50,145 bases of DNA, taken from a virus (taxonomy: Duplodnaviria; Caudoviricetes). The stretch covers positions 1-50,145 of the IMG/VR virus record IMGVR_UViG_3300010400_000026; one strand, given 5' to 3'. The translations under genes and the position numbers were made by a program. This document shows, in pieces, positions 25,718-36,369 of this stretch. The notes under the pieces are model-generated. The model was not told the DNA's origin, made no database searches, and was given only the letters and a program-made list of their open reading frames with translations. Each line of letters opens with the position of its first letter. Within the stretch, counting starts at the first letter, position 1.

Positions 25718-27921
25718 TGCCAGAAAACTTTCAGCTTGTGCTGCCAGACCGCGAACTGCGCCGGCTCGGCGTTCGCGTCCAGGACGATTACCAGGGCGCG
25801 CTGATGGACCACAGCACGCGCATGAAACGTTTCCGGCGCTACTACCAGAAGTTTCGGAATCGCGTCGATCCGCCGGCCATGGGCGACGAGGATGAGTCTA
25901 ACTTCTCGGTTCCCATGGTGCAGTGGAACGTCTACGCGAAATGGGCGCAGAATCTTCAGGCGCTGCTCGGTGACGACGCGGAAATCGTTGCCGCGGCGGT
26001 GGGCCCGAGCGACGAAAAGATCGTGCGCAAAATCGGCCGCTATATGACCTGGCGGCTGTTCCAATCGATGGGCATCACCAACAAACTCAGCCTGTTCGAG
26101 TTCCGAAAGATCCTCTTCGGCAAGACCATCGCCTACTGCCCTTGGGTCACGGATCGCTACTGGGTGAAGACCGGACGCAGCTCGACACCAAAGCAGGAAG
26201 TCTGGTACGACGGGCCCGGCTTCTTTCCGCAGTGGCCGGATGACATTCTCGTGCCAGCGGAAGACGCGGACACCATCCAGGACTTTTCGTTCGTGATGCG
26301 CAAATACCGCGCGACGCCGCAGCAGCTACTGGATGGCGAGCGCGAGGGCCGGTATTTCGGCATCAAAGACTCGCTGAATGACATCGTGGCGTATTCGCAG
26401 CAACAGCGCGAGCGCGATACCGAAGGCGAGGAAATCAAGCTCGAAAAGGATGAAGCCGAGGGGGTGACGTATGAAGGCTCAACCGCTGTGCGGCACTCGC
26501 TCATCGTGCACGAATGGTACGGCCGCTGGAGATTACCCAAGGGAAAACGCGATTCGAAAGAAGACAACCTGACCTATCGCGAAGTCGATCAGTCCGAACT
26601 CGTGGTGCGCTACCTGCCCGACATGCAGCAAGTGATCGGGGTGCAGGATCTGATGGATCTCTACCCGCGCATGCGATTCCGCAGGCCGTTTGTGGAAGCC
26701 AGCCTGGTCAAAGACGGATCTTACTGGTCCCCGGGATTCGGCGAGCTACTCGAGTCCATCGAAGACGAGGAATCCGCGAACCACAACCTATTCACCACCG
26801 CGGGCGAGCTGAGTGTCGGGCCGGTGATCTTCTACAAGCCCGGCTCGGGCTTCGATGGTGCGCGCTTCCGCTACCAGCCCTACATGGCGTATCCGACCGA
26901 CGACCCGGCCAGCGTGAACTCGCTGAACATGAAAGCGGATCTGAATTACTGCGTGCTGAAGAGCCAGGCCAACCAGGCCATCCAGGAGAAAGTGACCGGG
27001 ATCACGGATCAGACGCTGGGCCGCGCGATCGAGCGGCCGAACGCTCCGCGTACCGCGCGTGGTCAGCTGGCACTGATCGAGCAGGGCAATATCCGCGCGT
27101 CACTCGACACCACGCACATGCGCGAAGATATGCGCGGCCTGGTGCAGCACATCTGGCTGCTCGATTCCGAATTCGCGGATAAGGAAGTATTCTTCCGCGT
27201 GACCGAGGAAGACGCCGGCGGCCTGTTCGACACGGTAAAGGGCGGCAGCACGATGACCGCCCAGGAGCGAGGGGGCCGGTTTGATTTTGATATCAAGTTC
27301 GCTACCTCGGTCTGGTCGCGCGAGGCCAAAAAGCAGGAACAGCTACAAGTCTTCTCGCTCGATCTACAGAACCCGCTGATTATGACCAACCCACGGGCTC
27401 TGTGGGTAGTGACGGACCGGCTGCACCGCGCGTTTGGTGACGATGCCTTTGCCGAGGTATGCCCGCGACCGCCGGATCTCGATCAGCCGAAACCGCCGGC
27501 CGAGGAATGGGCGCTGATGCAACGCGGCGATGATGTAGAAGTCAACCCGATGGACAACGACGACCTGCACCTGGTCGATCACCTGCGACGCCTCGAAGGC
27601 GCGCGGAAAGAGAAATCCTTCAATCGCGACCCAGACGCTGAAGCGCGGATGCTCGGCCACATCCTCGGGCATCAGGAACAGAAGCGCCAAAAGATGGTCA
27701 TGCAAGCGATGGCGCAACACCTGGTCCAGCAGATTCAGGCGAACAACCAGAATCCGGAGCAAGGCGGATTGAACACCACGGGCGGCGTTCCCATGCCTCT
27801 CGCGGCTGCGCATTCGGCGTTGGGCGAGCTGATCGGGCAGGGCCAGGAGCCACCCGGCCAAGGCGGGCCTGCCGGGCCAGCCAAGCCACCGAACGGAGCA
27901 CCGAGCCCGATGGGGCAATAA
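25714..27921 (+). CDS. Portal protein (P22-like)
   Basis: 735 aa directly after TerL; TG...LG...TA motif; Gln/Pro-rich tail. Confidence 0.8.
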   Translation: MMPENFQLVLPDRELRRLGVRVQDDYQGALMDHSTRMKRFRRYYQKFRNRVDPPAMGDEDESNFSVPMVQWNVYAKWAQNLQALLGDDAEIVAAAVGPSDEKIVRKIGRYMTWRLFQSMGITNKLSLFEFRKILFGKTIAYCPWVTDRYWVKTGRSSTPKQEVWYDGPGFFPQWPDDILVPAEDADTIQDFSFVMRKYRATPQQLLDGEREGRYFGIKDSLNDIVAYSQQQRERDTEGEEIKLEKDEAEGVTYEGSTAVRHSLIVHEWYGRWRLPKGKRDSKEDNLTYREVDQSELVVRYLPDMQQVIGVQDLMDLYPRMRFRRPFVEASLVKDGSYWSPGFGELLESIEDEESANHNLFTTAGELSVGPVIFYKPGSGFDGARFRYQPYMAYPTDDPASVNSLNMKADLNYCVLKSQANQAIQEKVTGITDQTLGRAIERPNAPRTARGQLALIEQGNIRASLDTTHMREDMRGLVQHIWLLDSEFADKEVFFRVTEEDAGGLFDTVKGGSTMTAQERGGRFDFDIKFATSVWSREAKKQEQLQVFSLDLQNPLIMTNPRALWVVTDRLHRAFGDDAFAEVCPRPPDLDQPKPPAEEWALMQRGDDVEVNPMDNDDLHLVDHLRRLEGARKEKSFNRDPDAEARMLGHILGHQEQKRQKMVMQAMAQHLVQQIQANNQNPEQGGLNTTGGVPMPLAAAHSALGELIGQGQEPPGQGGPAGPAKPPNGAPSPMGQ

Positions 27922-27927
27922 AGAATC

Positions 27928-28692
27928 ATGAAGCTGGCGCTGGTCCTACTCGCCTGTTCCCTGCACGCTCAGGACTTGACCCAGGAAGAGCAATGGGCCA
28001 CGGTTGTGGCACTGCATCTCTCGGGGGAAGTGTGGACCGATAAAGCGCCGACGGAGGCAGAGCTGGACGCTCCCGCACCTGCTGTGTTCCGGCTGGTTGA
28101 GTCCGACAGGCCGTTGCGTGTCCACACCGCCGCTTGGCAATTGCCAGTTGTATCTCCCAGCGTCACCGTGTCCTTTTCCGGCCAAGGTGCCGAGGCATTG
28201 CGCGCGCTAACCGGCAAGCGCATTCCCGGCATCCAGATGGTGCAAGGCACGGTGTGCTCGCATGGCACCGGTAGCGTATCGGTTGGCGCCGTCATCCAGG
28301 AGGCGCACCGCCAGAGGTTTCAGACGCTGCTGCCGTCGGTCGGCACGGCGATCGTGCAACGCACGGTGAACCTGAATTGGCGCAACATCACCATGAACGT
28401 CTTTCGCATAGCCACTGGGACCGCGTTGATGATTTTTACCGGGGGCACGGTTACCGCCAGTGCCGCGGTCACGAGTGGCGTGGCCTACGCACACGGGTTC
28501 TCTGATACCCTGCCGCTGCTTTTTACCGGAGTACCGAAACCCGACCCGTACCTGAATTCTGTGGCCGATTTCAACTCCAAACTGGAGCTCTCAGGCACGC
28601 CTGAAATGGAAGATTGCCGGTCGATTCTGTTCACCGCGGTCTACGGAAAGAGCACGCCGGTTCTGGCTGGCCCGGTGCAGTTGGTGCCCTGA
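27928..28692 (+). CDS. Exported protein with signal peptide
   Basis: MKLALVLLACSLHA-QD; internal hydrophobic hairpin. Confidence 0.6.
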   Translation: MKLALVLLACSLHAQDLTQEEQWATVVALHLSGEVWTDKAPTEAELDAPAPAVFRLVESDRPLRVHTAAWQLPVVSPSVTVSFSGQGAEALRALTGKRIPGIQMVQGTVCSHGTGSVSVGAVIQEAHRQRFQTLLPSVGTAIVQRTVNLNWRNITMNVFRIATGTALMIFTGGTVTASAAVTSGVAYAHGFSDTLPLLFTGVPKPDPYLNSVADFNSKLELSGTPEMEDCRSILFTAVYGKSTPVLAGPVQLVP

Positions 28693-28699
28693 CAAAAGA

Positions 28700-29089
28700 A
28701 TGCCACTGCAAAGATACGTAAACGGGGTCGCGGCGCCAGTCAGTATTCCAGCCGCTTTCTGGGATCTCATCAGCGGCTGGAAATCCATCACCGTGGGCGC
28801 GGTGGAAATCGCCAAGCTCTGGTATGTGGCCATCGAAGGGCATCCGTGGCCGAATGAGATTGATGTTGCGATAAACGGAACTCTGATTACATTCGGCGTC
28901 CTAGCGTTACGCGACACGGTGAAAACCGCGATCGAAAGATCGACCGCCAAACTCGCCAGCGCTGTCGTGAACCCGGCGAGCCCAGAAGCGCAAGCAACGG
29001 CCGCCGAGGTGCCGACCGCGCCAGTCGCTCTAACGCTTGACGAACAGGCCCAGCTTTTCAAGCTGATCCAAAAGGTAGGGGGCAAATGA
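28700..29089 (+). CDS. Holin-like membrane protein
   Basis: L.GWKSI...two hydrophobic segments...G..ALRD. Confidence 0.45.
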   Translation: MPLQRYVNGVAAPVSIPAAFWDLISGWKSITVGAVEIAKLWYVAIEGHPWPNEIDVAINGTLITFGVLALRDTVKTAIERSTAKLASAVVNPASPEAQATAAEVPTAPVALTLDEQAQLFKLIQKVGGK

Positions 29090-29250
29090 CCCGCCAGTGC
29101 CTGCGCCGTGAAGGCTTCAAGATCGCGTTCGCCGAGTTGTCGGCTCGCTATCCCGGTGAGGACCGCAAGCGACGCCGAGCCATGGCGCGGGATCTTTCAA
29201 AGCGCACGCTGCGCGAGATGCGGAGGAAACTCAATGCCCTGGCAAGCTAA
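29086..29250 (+). CDS. Small basic protein (absent from ORF track)
   Basis: MTRQCLRREGFKIAFAELSARYPGEDRKRRRAMARDLSK...; ATGA coupling. Confidence 0.5.
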   Translation: MTRQCLRREGFKIAFAELSARYPGEDRKRRRAMARDLSKRTLREMRRKLNALAS

Positions 29251-29401
29251 GGATTCTAGTCGGTTCACCCGCAAGGCCAACACGCCGAAGAAGAAGCGCC
29301 AGTGGGCCACCCTGGCGGATCGCCTGCTCGCCTCCGGCAAGTCCGAAGGTGACTCGATCCGCATTGCCAATGGCGTCATCAAAAAGCGAGGTTCGAAGTG
29401 A
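29234..29401 (+). CDS. Small basic ChaB-like protein
   Basis: GGAGG RBS; MPW...RQWA..A...L..G.SEG..IRIANG. Confidence 0.55.
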   Translation: MPWQAKDSSRFTRKANTPKKKRQWATLADRLLASGKSEGDSIRIANGVIKKRGSK

Positions 29402-29826
29402 TACAGCCCACCGATCAGCAGCTCGCCGAGCTCGCCAAATACATCGATGCCCAGATCGCCAAGCTGATTCCGAAATGGCAGGCGGCTGTTGGCGTTTCAC
29501 AGGGGCCATTCGGATATCTGCCCACCAACGCTGCACAGCTTGGCCTGGTGCGCGCGCAGATCGAAATGCTGCAAGCCACCAAAGGCAGCCTGGCCGATTA
29601 CCGGCTGGCGGTGAGCAATTGGCGATTGAACGATCCGCAGTACGTGCGGTTGGGGTTATTGCGTCCAGGCTTCCCGCCCATGTCTCCCGCGATCGAGGAC
29701 GCCATGACGGAGCTCGGCGGCAAAACTGCGCTCGCCAAGGAGATCACAGACGCCGCGGTCGCCGCGGGGATCCCACCGGAGCAGACCGCGGCGCTGTTAA
29801 AAGCCCTCGGCGATAAGGTCGCGTAA
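29398..29826 (+). CDS. Hypothetical protein
   Basis: Coupled ORF. Confidence 0.6.
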   Translation: MIQPTDQQLAELAKYIDAQIAKLIPKWQAAVGVSQGPFGYLPTNAAQLGLVRAQIEMLQATKGSLADYRLAVSNWRLNDPQYVRLGLLRPGFPPMSPAIEDAMTELGGKTALAKEITDAAVAAGIPPEQTAALLKALGDKVA

Positions 29827-29836
29827 GGAGCACACT

Positions 29837-30118
29837 ATGGTCAAAACTCTCGCCGATGTGACGTTGACGGGCAGCGCCCAGCAGCTGACGGCAACTCCAA
29901 CGAAAGCCGCTTGGGTGCAGGTGCAGGGCATCGGCTCAAACGCCGCGTTCCGGATTGGCGACGCCAGCGTCGGCGCGGCTCGCGGGGTTGTGGTGCCAGC
30001 TTCCGGCGGCGGGCAGTTCTTCCCTCCGATCGGCGAGTCACGGTCATACGACTTGTCGCAAATCTACGTCAAGGGCACCCTGAACGACACGATTGCAGTC
30101 ATGTACGGGACGAGATAA
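29837..30118 (+). CDS. Small beta-rich virion protein
   Basis: AAGGAG RBS; N...IGD..V...G..V...DLSQIYV.G motif. Confidence 0.6.
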   Translation: MVKTLADVTLTGSAQQLTATPTKAAWVQVQGIGSNAAFRIGDASVGAARGVVVPASGGGQFFPPIGESRSYDLSQIYVKGTLNDTIAVMYGTR

Positions 30119-30122
30119 ACAG

Positions 30123-30866
30123 ATGAAGATATTCAGACTCTTTGTCGTTTGCGTGCTGGTGGTGGCCATCTGCTTTACGCAGACCATCCCACCTCCAGGC
30201 GGCGGGGGCGGGAGTGGGACGGTAACGAGCGTCGGGTTCACGGGTGGCTTGATCTCTGTTGCCACGGCGACGACTACACCGGCGCTGACGGTGGCGGGCA
30301 CGTCGGGAGGGGTCCCGTATTTCTCTTCGACATCCACATGGGCATCGAGTGGATTGCTGGCACAGTACGGCGTCATGATCGGCGGCGGCGCGGCGGCTAC
30401 CCCGGCAACCATCTCCGCTTCGACTACCACCACACACGCGCTATTCGCGACTGCCACGGCGCCGGCATTCCGGGCGCTCGCCCTGGGAGACTTGCCCACC
30501 ACGGTCAAGGCGCGCCCGCTCAGCTTCACGTTTTCCGGCAACGGCTCGGCTCTGACCACTGGCCTGGTGGCTTATGACGTTGACGCCACATCGCCGTGCA
30601 CGATTTCCGGTTATGCGATTGGAGCGGATCAAGGCACCGTCACCGTCAAATTCTGGAAAGTGGCCGGGGGAACTGCTCTGCCTACCGTCGCTAATGTCAT
30701 TTCGACGAGCGGGGTATCGCTGTCCTCCGGGACGCGCGTTCGATCGACCACCGTAAGCGACTTTACCGACACCACTGTCGCTGCACAGGATCAGGTAGCT
30801 GCCACCATCACGGCGGTGGCCGGCGGCGCGACGTGGGTGCAGGCAAAGCTGGAGTGTAGCCAGTGA
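30123..30866 (+). CDS. Fibre-like protein with signal peptide
   Basis: MKIFRLFVVCVLVVAICFT-Q; GGGSGTVTSV, GTSGGVPYFS, PAFRAL...DLP fibre motifs. Confidence 0.65.
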   Translation: MKIFRLFVVCVLVVAICFTQTIPPPGGGGGSGTVTSVGFTGGLISVATATTTPALTVAGTSGGVPYFSSTSTWASSGLLAQYGVMIGGGAAATPATISASTTTTHALFATATAPAFRALALGDLPTTVKARPLSFTFSGNGSALTTGLVAYDVDATSPCTISGYAIGADQGTVTVKFWKVAGGTALPTVANVISTSGVSLSSGTRVRSTTVSDFTDTTVAAQDQVAATITAVAGGATWVQAKLECSQ

Positions 30867-32332
30867 AAAAAGTTCTTATTTTTGTGCTGATCTATTTCCT
30901 GATTTGCCCCACACCGGTTATCTTCGCCGCGATCACGGCCACAACCGCGTGGGAGGTGCGTTCTGGCAGCGCGGCGACAAACGGGGGCGGATTTGATATA
31001 GCCACCGCGGGTACCAACATGGCGATCTTCGACAACAAGAACGCCGCAGGCTGCTCCAGCTGCCAATCGGCCAGCGTCAACATCTCCACAACAGATGCAG
31101 TTACGAACGGCACCACGACCATAACCTCAGCGACTGCGAACTTCTCATCTGCGATTGTGGGAAATGTCATCTACGTCACCGGAGGAACTGGTTCCATCAC
31201 TGCCGCATGGTATCAGGTCGCCACGTTTACTAACTCTACGACCATCGTGGTTGACCGGTCGACTGGGTTGACCACTGGCACGGGCGCGACTATGAACATC
31301 GGCGGCGCGCTTGACCTTCCCACCACTGCGAACTCCGTTCCCGTGGTTGCGGGCAATACGATCTGGGTCAAGGGTGCATCCTACACCGTCGCCAATGCCA
31401 CTTACGCCAACGGCACCGTTTCAGCGCCCATCTGGTGGGTGGGCTTCACATCAACTCACGGCGACGGCGGCAAGGCGACGCTCGTCGCCTCGGGCTCCAG
31501 CGGGCAGATGATTACCAGCGGAAACTACAATCGCTGGAACAATTGGACATGGGACGCAAACGGTGCCACCACGGCTGCCGAGGGGTGCTTCACTGCCGCG
31601 CAAGGCACTACAGCCGACAACATTGAATGCAAAAACTATGAGGCCGCCACTGGTATCAGTGGAGCCGCCCTAGGGACATTCACGAATTTGTACAGTCACG
31701 ATGGAAGATCCGGATGTACCCAGGCCGTTTCGAACCCGGCCCGCCTATCCAAATTTGTCATTGACACCCAGCCGTGCATCGGCATCGCTTTCACTTCTGG
31801 CTCTTGTACCAATGCCTGCAACTTGACAGTCGAAAATGGAATCATACGAAATGGGACTGGCGCTACCGGGCACGGGATCTCATCGACCGTCACATCGGGC
31901 GGCGTCATCATCGAGCGTGTAACCATCGACACCATGGCCGGCGACGCCATTCTGTGCAGCGGCGCAGATGTCTGTGTGAACACGGTTGGTCGCAACCTGA
32001 TTCTTTCGAACATTACGGGCACCGCACTCAACTCCAGCACCACGGACTACACGGCGGCCCAGTACACCGCGTTTGGATTTGACTACATCGGTTTCTACAA
32101 CAATGGCACCAACCGCACCCGCATTCCGGCTGGCGCGCACGATGTGACGATCTCCGCGCAGCCCTACATCGCCGCCGGCACGAACTATGGACTGAATAGC
32201 ATCGGGGGCGCGCAAGTGCGAGGACTCGGGTGGCCCGGCACTTTCCAGGGCCTGACCAGCACCGTCGATTACGGCGACTTGGGCGCGGCGCAGGCGCAGT
32301 CTGTTGCAAGCACTCGCGGCTACGCCCAGTAA
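30863..32332 (+). CDS. Right-handed beta-helix (pectin-lyase-like) protein with signal peptide
   Basis: MKKVLIFVLIYFLIC...FA-A; AGNTIWVKG; Asn/Thr/Cys-rich coil repeats. Confidence 0.6.
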   Translation: MKKVLIFVLIYFLICPTPVIFAAITATTAWEVRSGSAATNGGGFDIATAGTNMAIFDNKNAAGCSSCQSASVNISTTDAVTNGTTTITSATANFSSAIVGNVIYVTGGTGSITAAWYQVATFTNSTTIVVDRSTGLTTGTGATMNIGGALDLPTTANSVPVVAGNTIWVKGASYTVANATYANGTVSAPIWWVGFTSTHGDGGKATLVASGSSGQMITSGNYNRWNNWTWDANGATTAAEGCFTAAQGTTADNIECKNYEAATGISGAALGTFTNLYSHDGRSGCTQAVSNPARLSKFVIDTQPCIGIAFTSGSCTNACNLTVENGIIRNGTGATGHGISSTVTSGGVIIERVTIDTMAGDAILCSGADVCVNTVGRNLILSNITGTALNSSTTDYTAAQYTAFGFDYIGFYNNGTNRTRIPAGAHDVTISAQPYIAAGTNYGLNSIGGAQVRGLGWPGTFQGLTSTVDYGDLGAAQAQSVASTRGYAQ

Positions 32333-32335
32333 ATC

Positions 32336-35300
32336 ATGCGGCGCTGTCTCCTATTTCTCCTGCTCGGCGGGCTCCACTGTTTCGGCCAGAACATCCAGAC
32401 CGTCTTCGAAGTGGATTCGCTGGGCGCGCAAACCAACCGTCCGATCACTTTCGGTCGCATCTTCGTCAAAGGCGAGATCACCGCCGGCAACTGCCCGCAA
32501 GTGCTGGTTGGTGGTACGGCCCCAACCCAGTGGCAGGCGGATGTGAAGAACTGGTGGGATGACGGCAGTGTCAAGTTCTCTGTCATCAGCTACGTCAAAA
32601 CCCTGGCCTCTGGCGGCTCGCACGCGATCACGTACACAAGCGGCGCGGCCTGCAACTCAGGCGGCGCTTTCGCCAACGGGATGACGCAAGCCCAGATGCT
32701 GGCTTTCAATTCCGGCGGTTCGGGATGGGGGGCGGAGCTGAACGTCAACGCGATCCCAAACTCGTTTTTCTCCACCGGCTTTGAAAACGGGACGATCCAG
32801 GACTATTGCGCGCCTGGCACCTTCAACGCCGGCGCTCAGGAATTCTGCTCGGGAAACAATGGCGGCAACGTCGAGATCACCGGAGTGGGCAGCACCACGG
32901 TCGTCGCGAGCCCGACGCATGCCGGCACGAAGGCGCTCAAGCTACAGGTTTCAACTCCCAACACTCCGACCAGCGGCGTACGCATGTTCCGCTGGCTCGA
33001 TCCACGGAACTCGCAAGCGAATTACTACTCGGTGTGGATGAACATCCCACAGCGCTACACCCTGACGGGCAACCCGGCCACCGGGCACTATGTCAATCTG
33101 TTTCAGTTCAAAAGCGCGAACGGCGCCGGTCGCATCGATCCGATCTGGGCGTTTCACATCAACGATGACGACCCCAGCCACTGGTATCTGCAAGCGGTCT
33201 GGGGCGACGGAGGCTTCACCGCAGCTGGGCCGCAGTCGGGCGATAACGTCAGCCGTAAGGTCTACACGCAGACGACCAAAGAGCTGCCCGTCAACCGGTG
33301 GGTGCACCTCGAGGCGTATCTCGAGCAGTCGAACGCTTTCGGCGGCCGGCTCACGATGTGGCAGGACGGCGTGCAGATTTTCGACTTCACGAACGTCCGG
33401 ACGAGCTACACCAACTGCGCGTATAACGCCTGGTGCGCCGATGACGAATGGTCGGTGAACCTCTACACGGACGGGTTGACCCCGAATCCGGCATATCTCT
33501 ACATCGACGACGTGTCGATTTACAACGCGCGCGCGAACGCAAAAGACATGCTCAGCGCGTTGCCGGATCCGTCGGGCTCTCCGGAGTGCGGCCCGGAGTA
33601 TTGGTTGAAAGGCCCAGTCGTCACGCAACTCAAGCTCCATGACTGCACCTCGGCGGCAACTTACGATTTCGGGTTCAAAGACAAGCGGTTGACCGTACTC
33701 TCCGCAGCCATCACCGCAGCCGCGACCAGCATCAATCTGCTCTATCCGGGTGACGTTTGCAGGCTCGCTTTACCCACGGTCATCGACATTGAGCTCGAGA
33801 AGCTGAATGTGACCGCATGCACCGCCGGTGGGAATCCCTTGACCGTAACGCGCGGGTTCGGCGGCACCACAGCGGCCAGCCATGCGGCAGCGAAACACGT
33901 GGTTTCGGAATCCCAGGCCAGTCAACTGGCCGCGGCCCCGTCTTCAGGAGTAGTGGCACCACACACCTACAAAAGCCTGCATCCGATCTTCACGCTCTCG
34001 TTTTATCCCGGCCCGAATTACGCCTCTTCCACGTGTTCGGGAAGCGATCCCTATTGCTCGGTGAAGGTCGATTTCATCCTGGAAAACATCAAGAACACGA
34101 GCGTACAAGACCAGGTGTACAGCTTTGTGCTGAAGACCGGCCTGGGCCTGGCCACCGTGCACAGCCGCCCGAGCTTCACCCATGCGGCTTACGCGAGGTG
34201 GCGGGAAACCTTCTGGAGTGGGACTGGCCCCGGAGCGGTGCGCATTGATCCGAACTTCGCCTATCTGAAATCCACAAAAGTGCTGCCCAACTACGATCCA
34301 GCGGTTACTGTGAACCCAGCTGCGGACTATGGCACTTTCATCAACGCCGCGGTGAGTGATGGGGGTATCGTGGGCGGAAAATGCTGGCAATCGGCCAGCA
34401 CGAGTTGCGCCGGCCTACTGGTCAAGTCGATGAGCAGCAACAGTGAAGGTGCACCGATCCAGCGCGAAGAATTGGACTACCTGTATAACTCCAGCTCCTG
34501 CGGCTCACCGAACAGCGATTGCGCCAAAGCGCTTTACATGCTCACCGGGGAGAAGGGCGCTATTGATACGTTGCTGCCCGCAAGCCTCTGTACTGCGCAG
34601 CCTGGCTGCCGGTACGGTGGCACCTGGGATGCTCTTCAGTCGGCCCCGTATCACATCCGGGAAGGTCGATTCGGAGCCAGTGCTCCCAACGCATTCTATT
34701 CGTCTGCGCGTGCCTCGAAGGATGCAGGCGCGAATACCGCGGCGACGGCTGCCGTTGCAGGAAACCTGGTGATCGGGCGCCCGCAGTCCCGGCACGCATT
34801 TTCTGAGCAGTACGGCAACAGCACCTTGAGCCCCGCCGCCGGCTGCCGGGCACCGGGAGCGCTCGTACCCGTGAACTGCGCAACCACGAACGGCTGGAGT
34901 GTGGGTTTCAATGACATTCCGAATCATCTGGTCGATTACTATTTCCTGCCCTACATCCTCACCGGGGATGCGTTCTATCTGGAAGGCGAATATTTCGCGG
35001 CTTCTGTCAGTTTGTTGACGATCAATCCAGGTACCGGGATGTTTCAGTCGAATGGTTTTTTCGGCTACATTTCGCCGTCCGACGTCCCGCGCAACTTTGC
35101 CTGGGGGATGCAGGCCGTCTCCCGCGCTGCTTTCCTGGCGCCTGATGGATCCAAGGAAAGCGACTATTACGCGTCGATGCTCAACTCGGGCATCGAAGTA
35201 CAGGAAGGCTTCGCAAATCTCACGGGCACCAGCCTGACGCCTTCCGATACGGCGTGTGCAGCGTACAACGCCGCCACCGCGAATCGCTGGTGCTGGGGCA

Positions 35301-36025
35301 GAAAGACCGTGGCTCAGGACGCGATCGTAAAGAACCGTGCGCCGAACGTCGGCGCTTGCATGTCGTCGTCGAGTGACATCGATATCACCAAAAGCAATCA
35401 GGCCACGGGCGGCTATCTGGCTAACTTCCTCGTGCTCGCGGTCAATCAGATTTCGGAGCTCGGGTTCACACAGGCGAACGCCATCCGGGATGAGTACAAC
35501 AAGCGCATCACCGAAATGGTGATGGATGCGACGTTCAACCCGTACCTGGTGGCGGCCGTGCGCACTCCGGTCAAAGATGCTTCCGCAACGTGCCCGGCAT
35601 CTCCCATGCTCGCGAACCTGGCAGCCGTGAAAGACGCTTTCGTACCTACCGTCCAGGTGATAAACAACTTCTGCAGCGGAGGCCAGACGTGCAACGGCAT
35701 GACCAACCCCGCGGCACTGTGGGGCTTCAAATGCACGGATCACGACTATCCTCTGATCGCACGAGCCACGGCGGCTTACGCTGCGCAGAACTCGACCAGC
35801 ATCACGAACGCGAATTGCCCAGGTGGCATCTGCCTGGGTATCGCTGCGTTTGCGTGGCTCGACGCCGAAGTGCCCTACTTTTCAAAAAACAGCACCGTCA
35901 GCGGAACCTGCGGGACTTCGGATGTGCAGATCAAGTTCGCTTTGCAGCCGCGCACCGCCATCGTGGGCGGTAATTCGACGGCCATCAAAGGCGTCACCAT
36001 CACGGGAAAGGCAGCTATCCGATGA
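32336..36025 (+). CDS. Large exported mosaic polysaccharide-lyase-like protein
   Basis: Signal peptide; ITFGRIFVKGEI..QADVKNWWDDGSVKF (PcRGLX/YetA-type N-domain); jelly-roll insert; PYILTGD.FYLE...R.FAW helical-barrel motifs. Confidence 0.6.
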   Translation: MRRCLLFLLLGGLHCFGQNIQTVFEVDSLGAQTNRPITFGRIFVKGEITAGNCPQVLVGGTAPTQWQADVKNWWDDGSVKFSVISYVKTLASGGSHAITYTSGAACNSGGAFANGMTQAQMLAFNSGGSGWGAELNVNAIPNSFFSTGFENGTIQDYCAPGTFNAGAQEFCSGNNGGNVEITGVGSTTVVASPTHAGTKALKLQVSTPNTPTSGVRMFRWLDPRNSQANYYSVWMNIPQRYTLTGNPATGHYVNLFQFKSANGAGRIDPIWAFHINDDDPSHWYLQAVWGDGGFTAAGPQSGDNVSRKVYTQTTKELPVNRWVHLEAYLEQSNAFGGRLTMWQDGVQIFDFTNVRTSYTNCAYNAWCADDEWSVNLYTDGLTPNPAYLYIDDVSIYNARANAKDMLSALPDPSGSPECGPEYWLKGPVVTQLKLHDCTSAATYDFGFKDKRLTVLSAAITAAATSINLLYPGDVCRLALPTVIDIELEKLNVTACTAGGNPLTVTRGFGGTTAASHAAAKHVVSESQASQLAAAPSSGVVAPHTYKSLHPIFTLSFYPGPNYASSTCSGSDPYCSVKVDFILENIKNTSVQDQVYSFVLKTGLGLATVHSRPSFTHAAYARWRETFWSGTGPGAVRIDPNFAYLKSTKVLPNYDPAVTVNPAADYGTFINAAVSDGGIVGGKCWQSASTSCAGLLVKSMSSNSEGAPIQREELDYLYNSSSCGSPNSDCAKALYMLTGEKGAIDTLLPASLCTAQPGCRYGGTWDALQSAPYHIREGRFGASAPNAFYSSARASKDAGANTAATAAVAGNLVIGRPQSRHAFSEQYGNSTLSPAAGCRAPGALVPVNCATTNGWSVGFNDIPNHLVDYYFLPYILTGDAFYLEGEYFAASVSLLTINPGTGMFQSNGFFGYISPSDVPRNFAWGMQAVSRAAFLAPDGSKESDYYASMLNSGIEVQEGFANLTGTSLTPSDTACAAYNAATANRWCWGRKTVAQDAIVKNRAPNVGACMSSSSDIDITKSNQATGGYLANFLVLAVNQISELGFTQANAIRDEYNKRITEMVMDATFNPYLVAAVRTPVKDASATCPASPMLANLAAVKDAFVPTVQVINNFCSGGQTCNGMTNPAALWGFKCTDHDYPLIARATAAYAAQNSTSITNANCPGGICLGIAAFAWLDAEVPYFSKNSTVSGTCGTSDVQIKFALQPRTAIVGGNSTAIKGVTITGKAAIR

Positions 36026-36369
36026 AACAACGACTCGCAGTTGTGTTTGCACTCCTAGGGCTGCTCGCGCTCGCGCAGACCGGCGGTGTCACCGTCTCCG
36101 GCACCTCGACCGGCACAGGCCAGAACATCACGGGATCGATCACCCTCCCTTTCGCGCCAAGCGCGATCGCATTCAGTTGCTCTTCGCCGGCGATCGCCAA
36201 GGGCCAAACCGTGAGCTGCACCGCAACGCTCGACGCACCGGTACCGGCGGGCATGACGGCGACCATTACGCTCACCACCAGCCCGGCAACCGGGTTTACG
36301 GTGGCCACAGGCACTCCGACGATCGCGGCGGGCGCCAGCTCGGCCACGTTCGCCATCACACGTCAATGA
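36022..36369 (+). CDS. Ig-like beta-sandwich protein with signal peptide
   Basis: MKQRLAVVFALLGLLALA-Q; G.TV.CT.TL..P.P...TI.AG.SSATF.I. Confidence 0.65.
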   Translation: MKQRLAVVFALLGLLALAQTGGVTVSGTSTGTGQNITGSITLPFAPSAIAFSCSSPAIAKGQTVSCTATLDAPVPAGMTATITLTTSPATGFTVATGTPTIAAGASSATFAITRQ

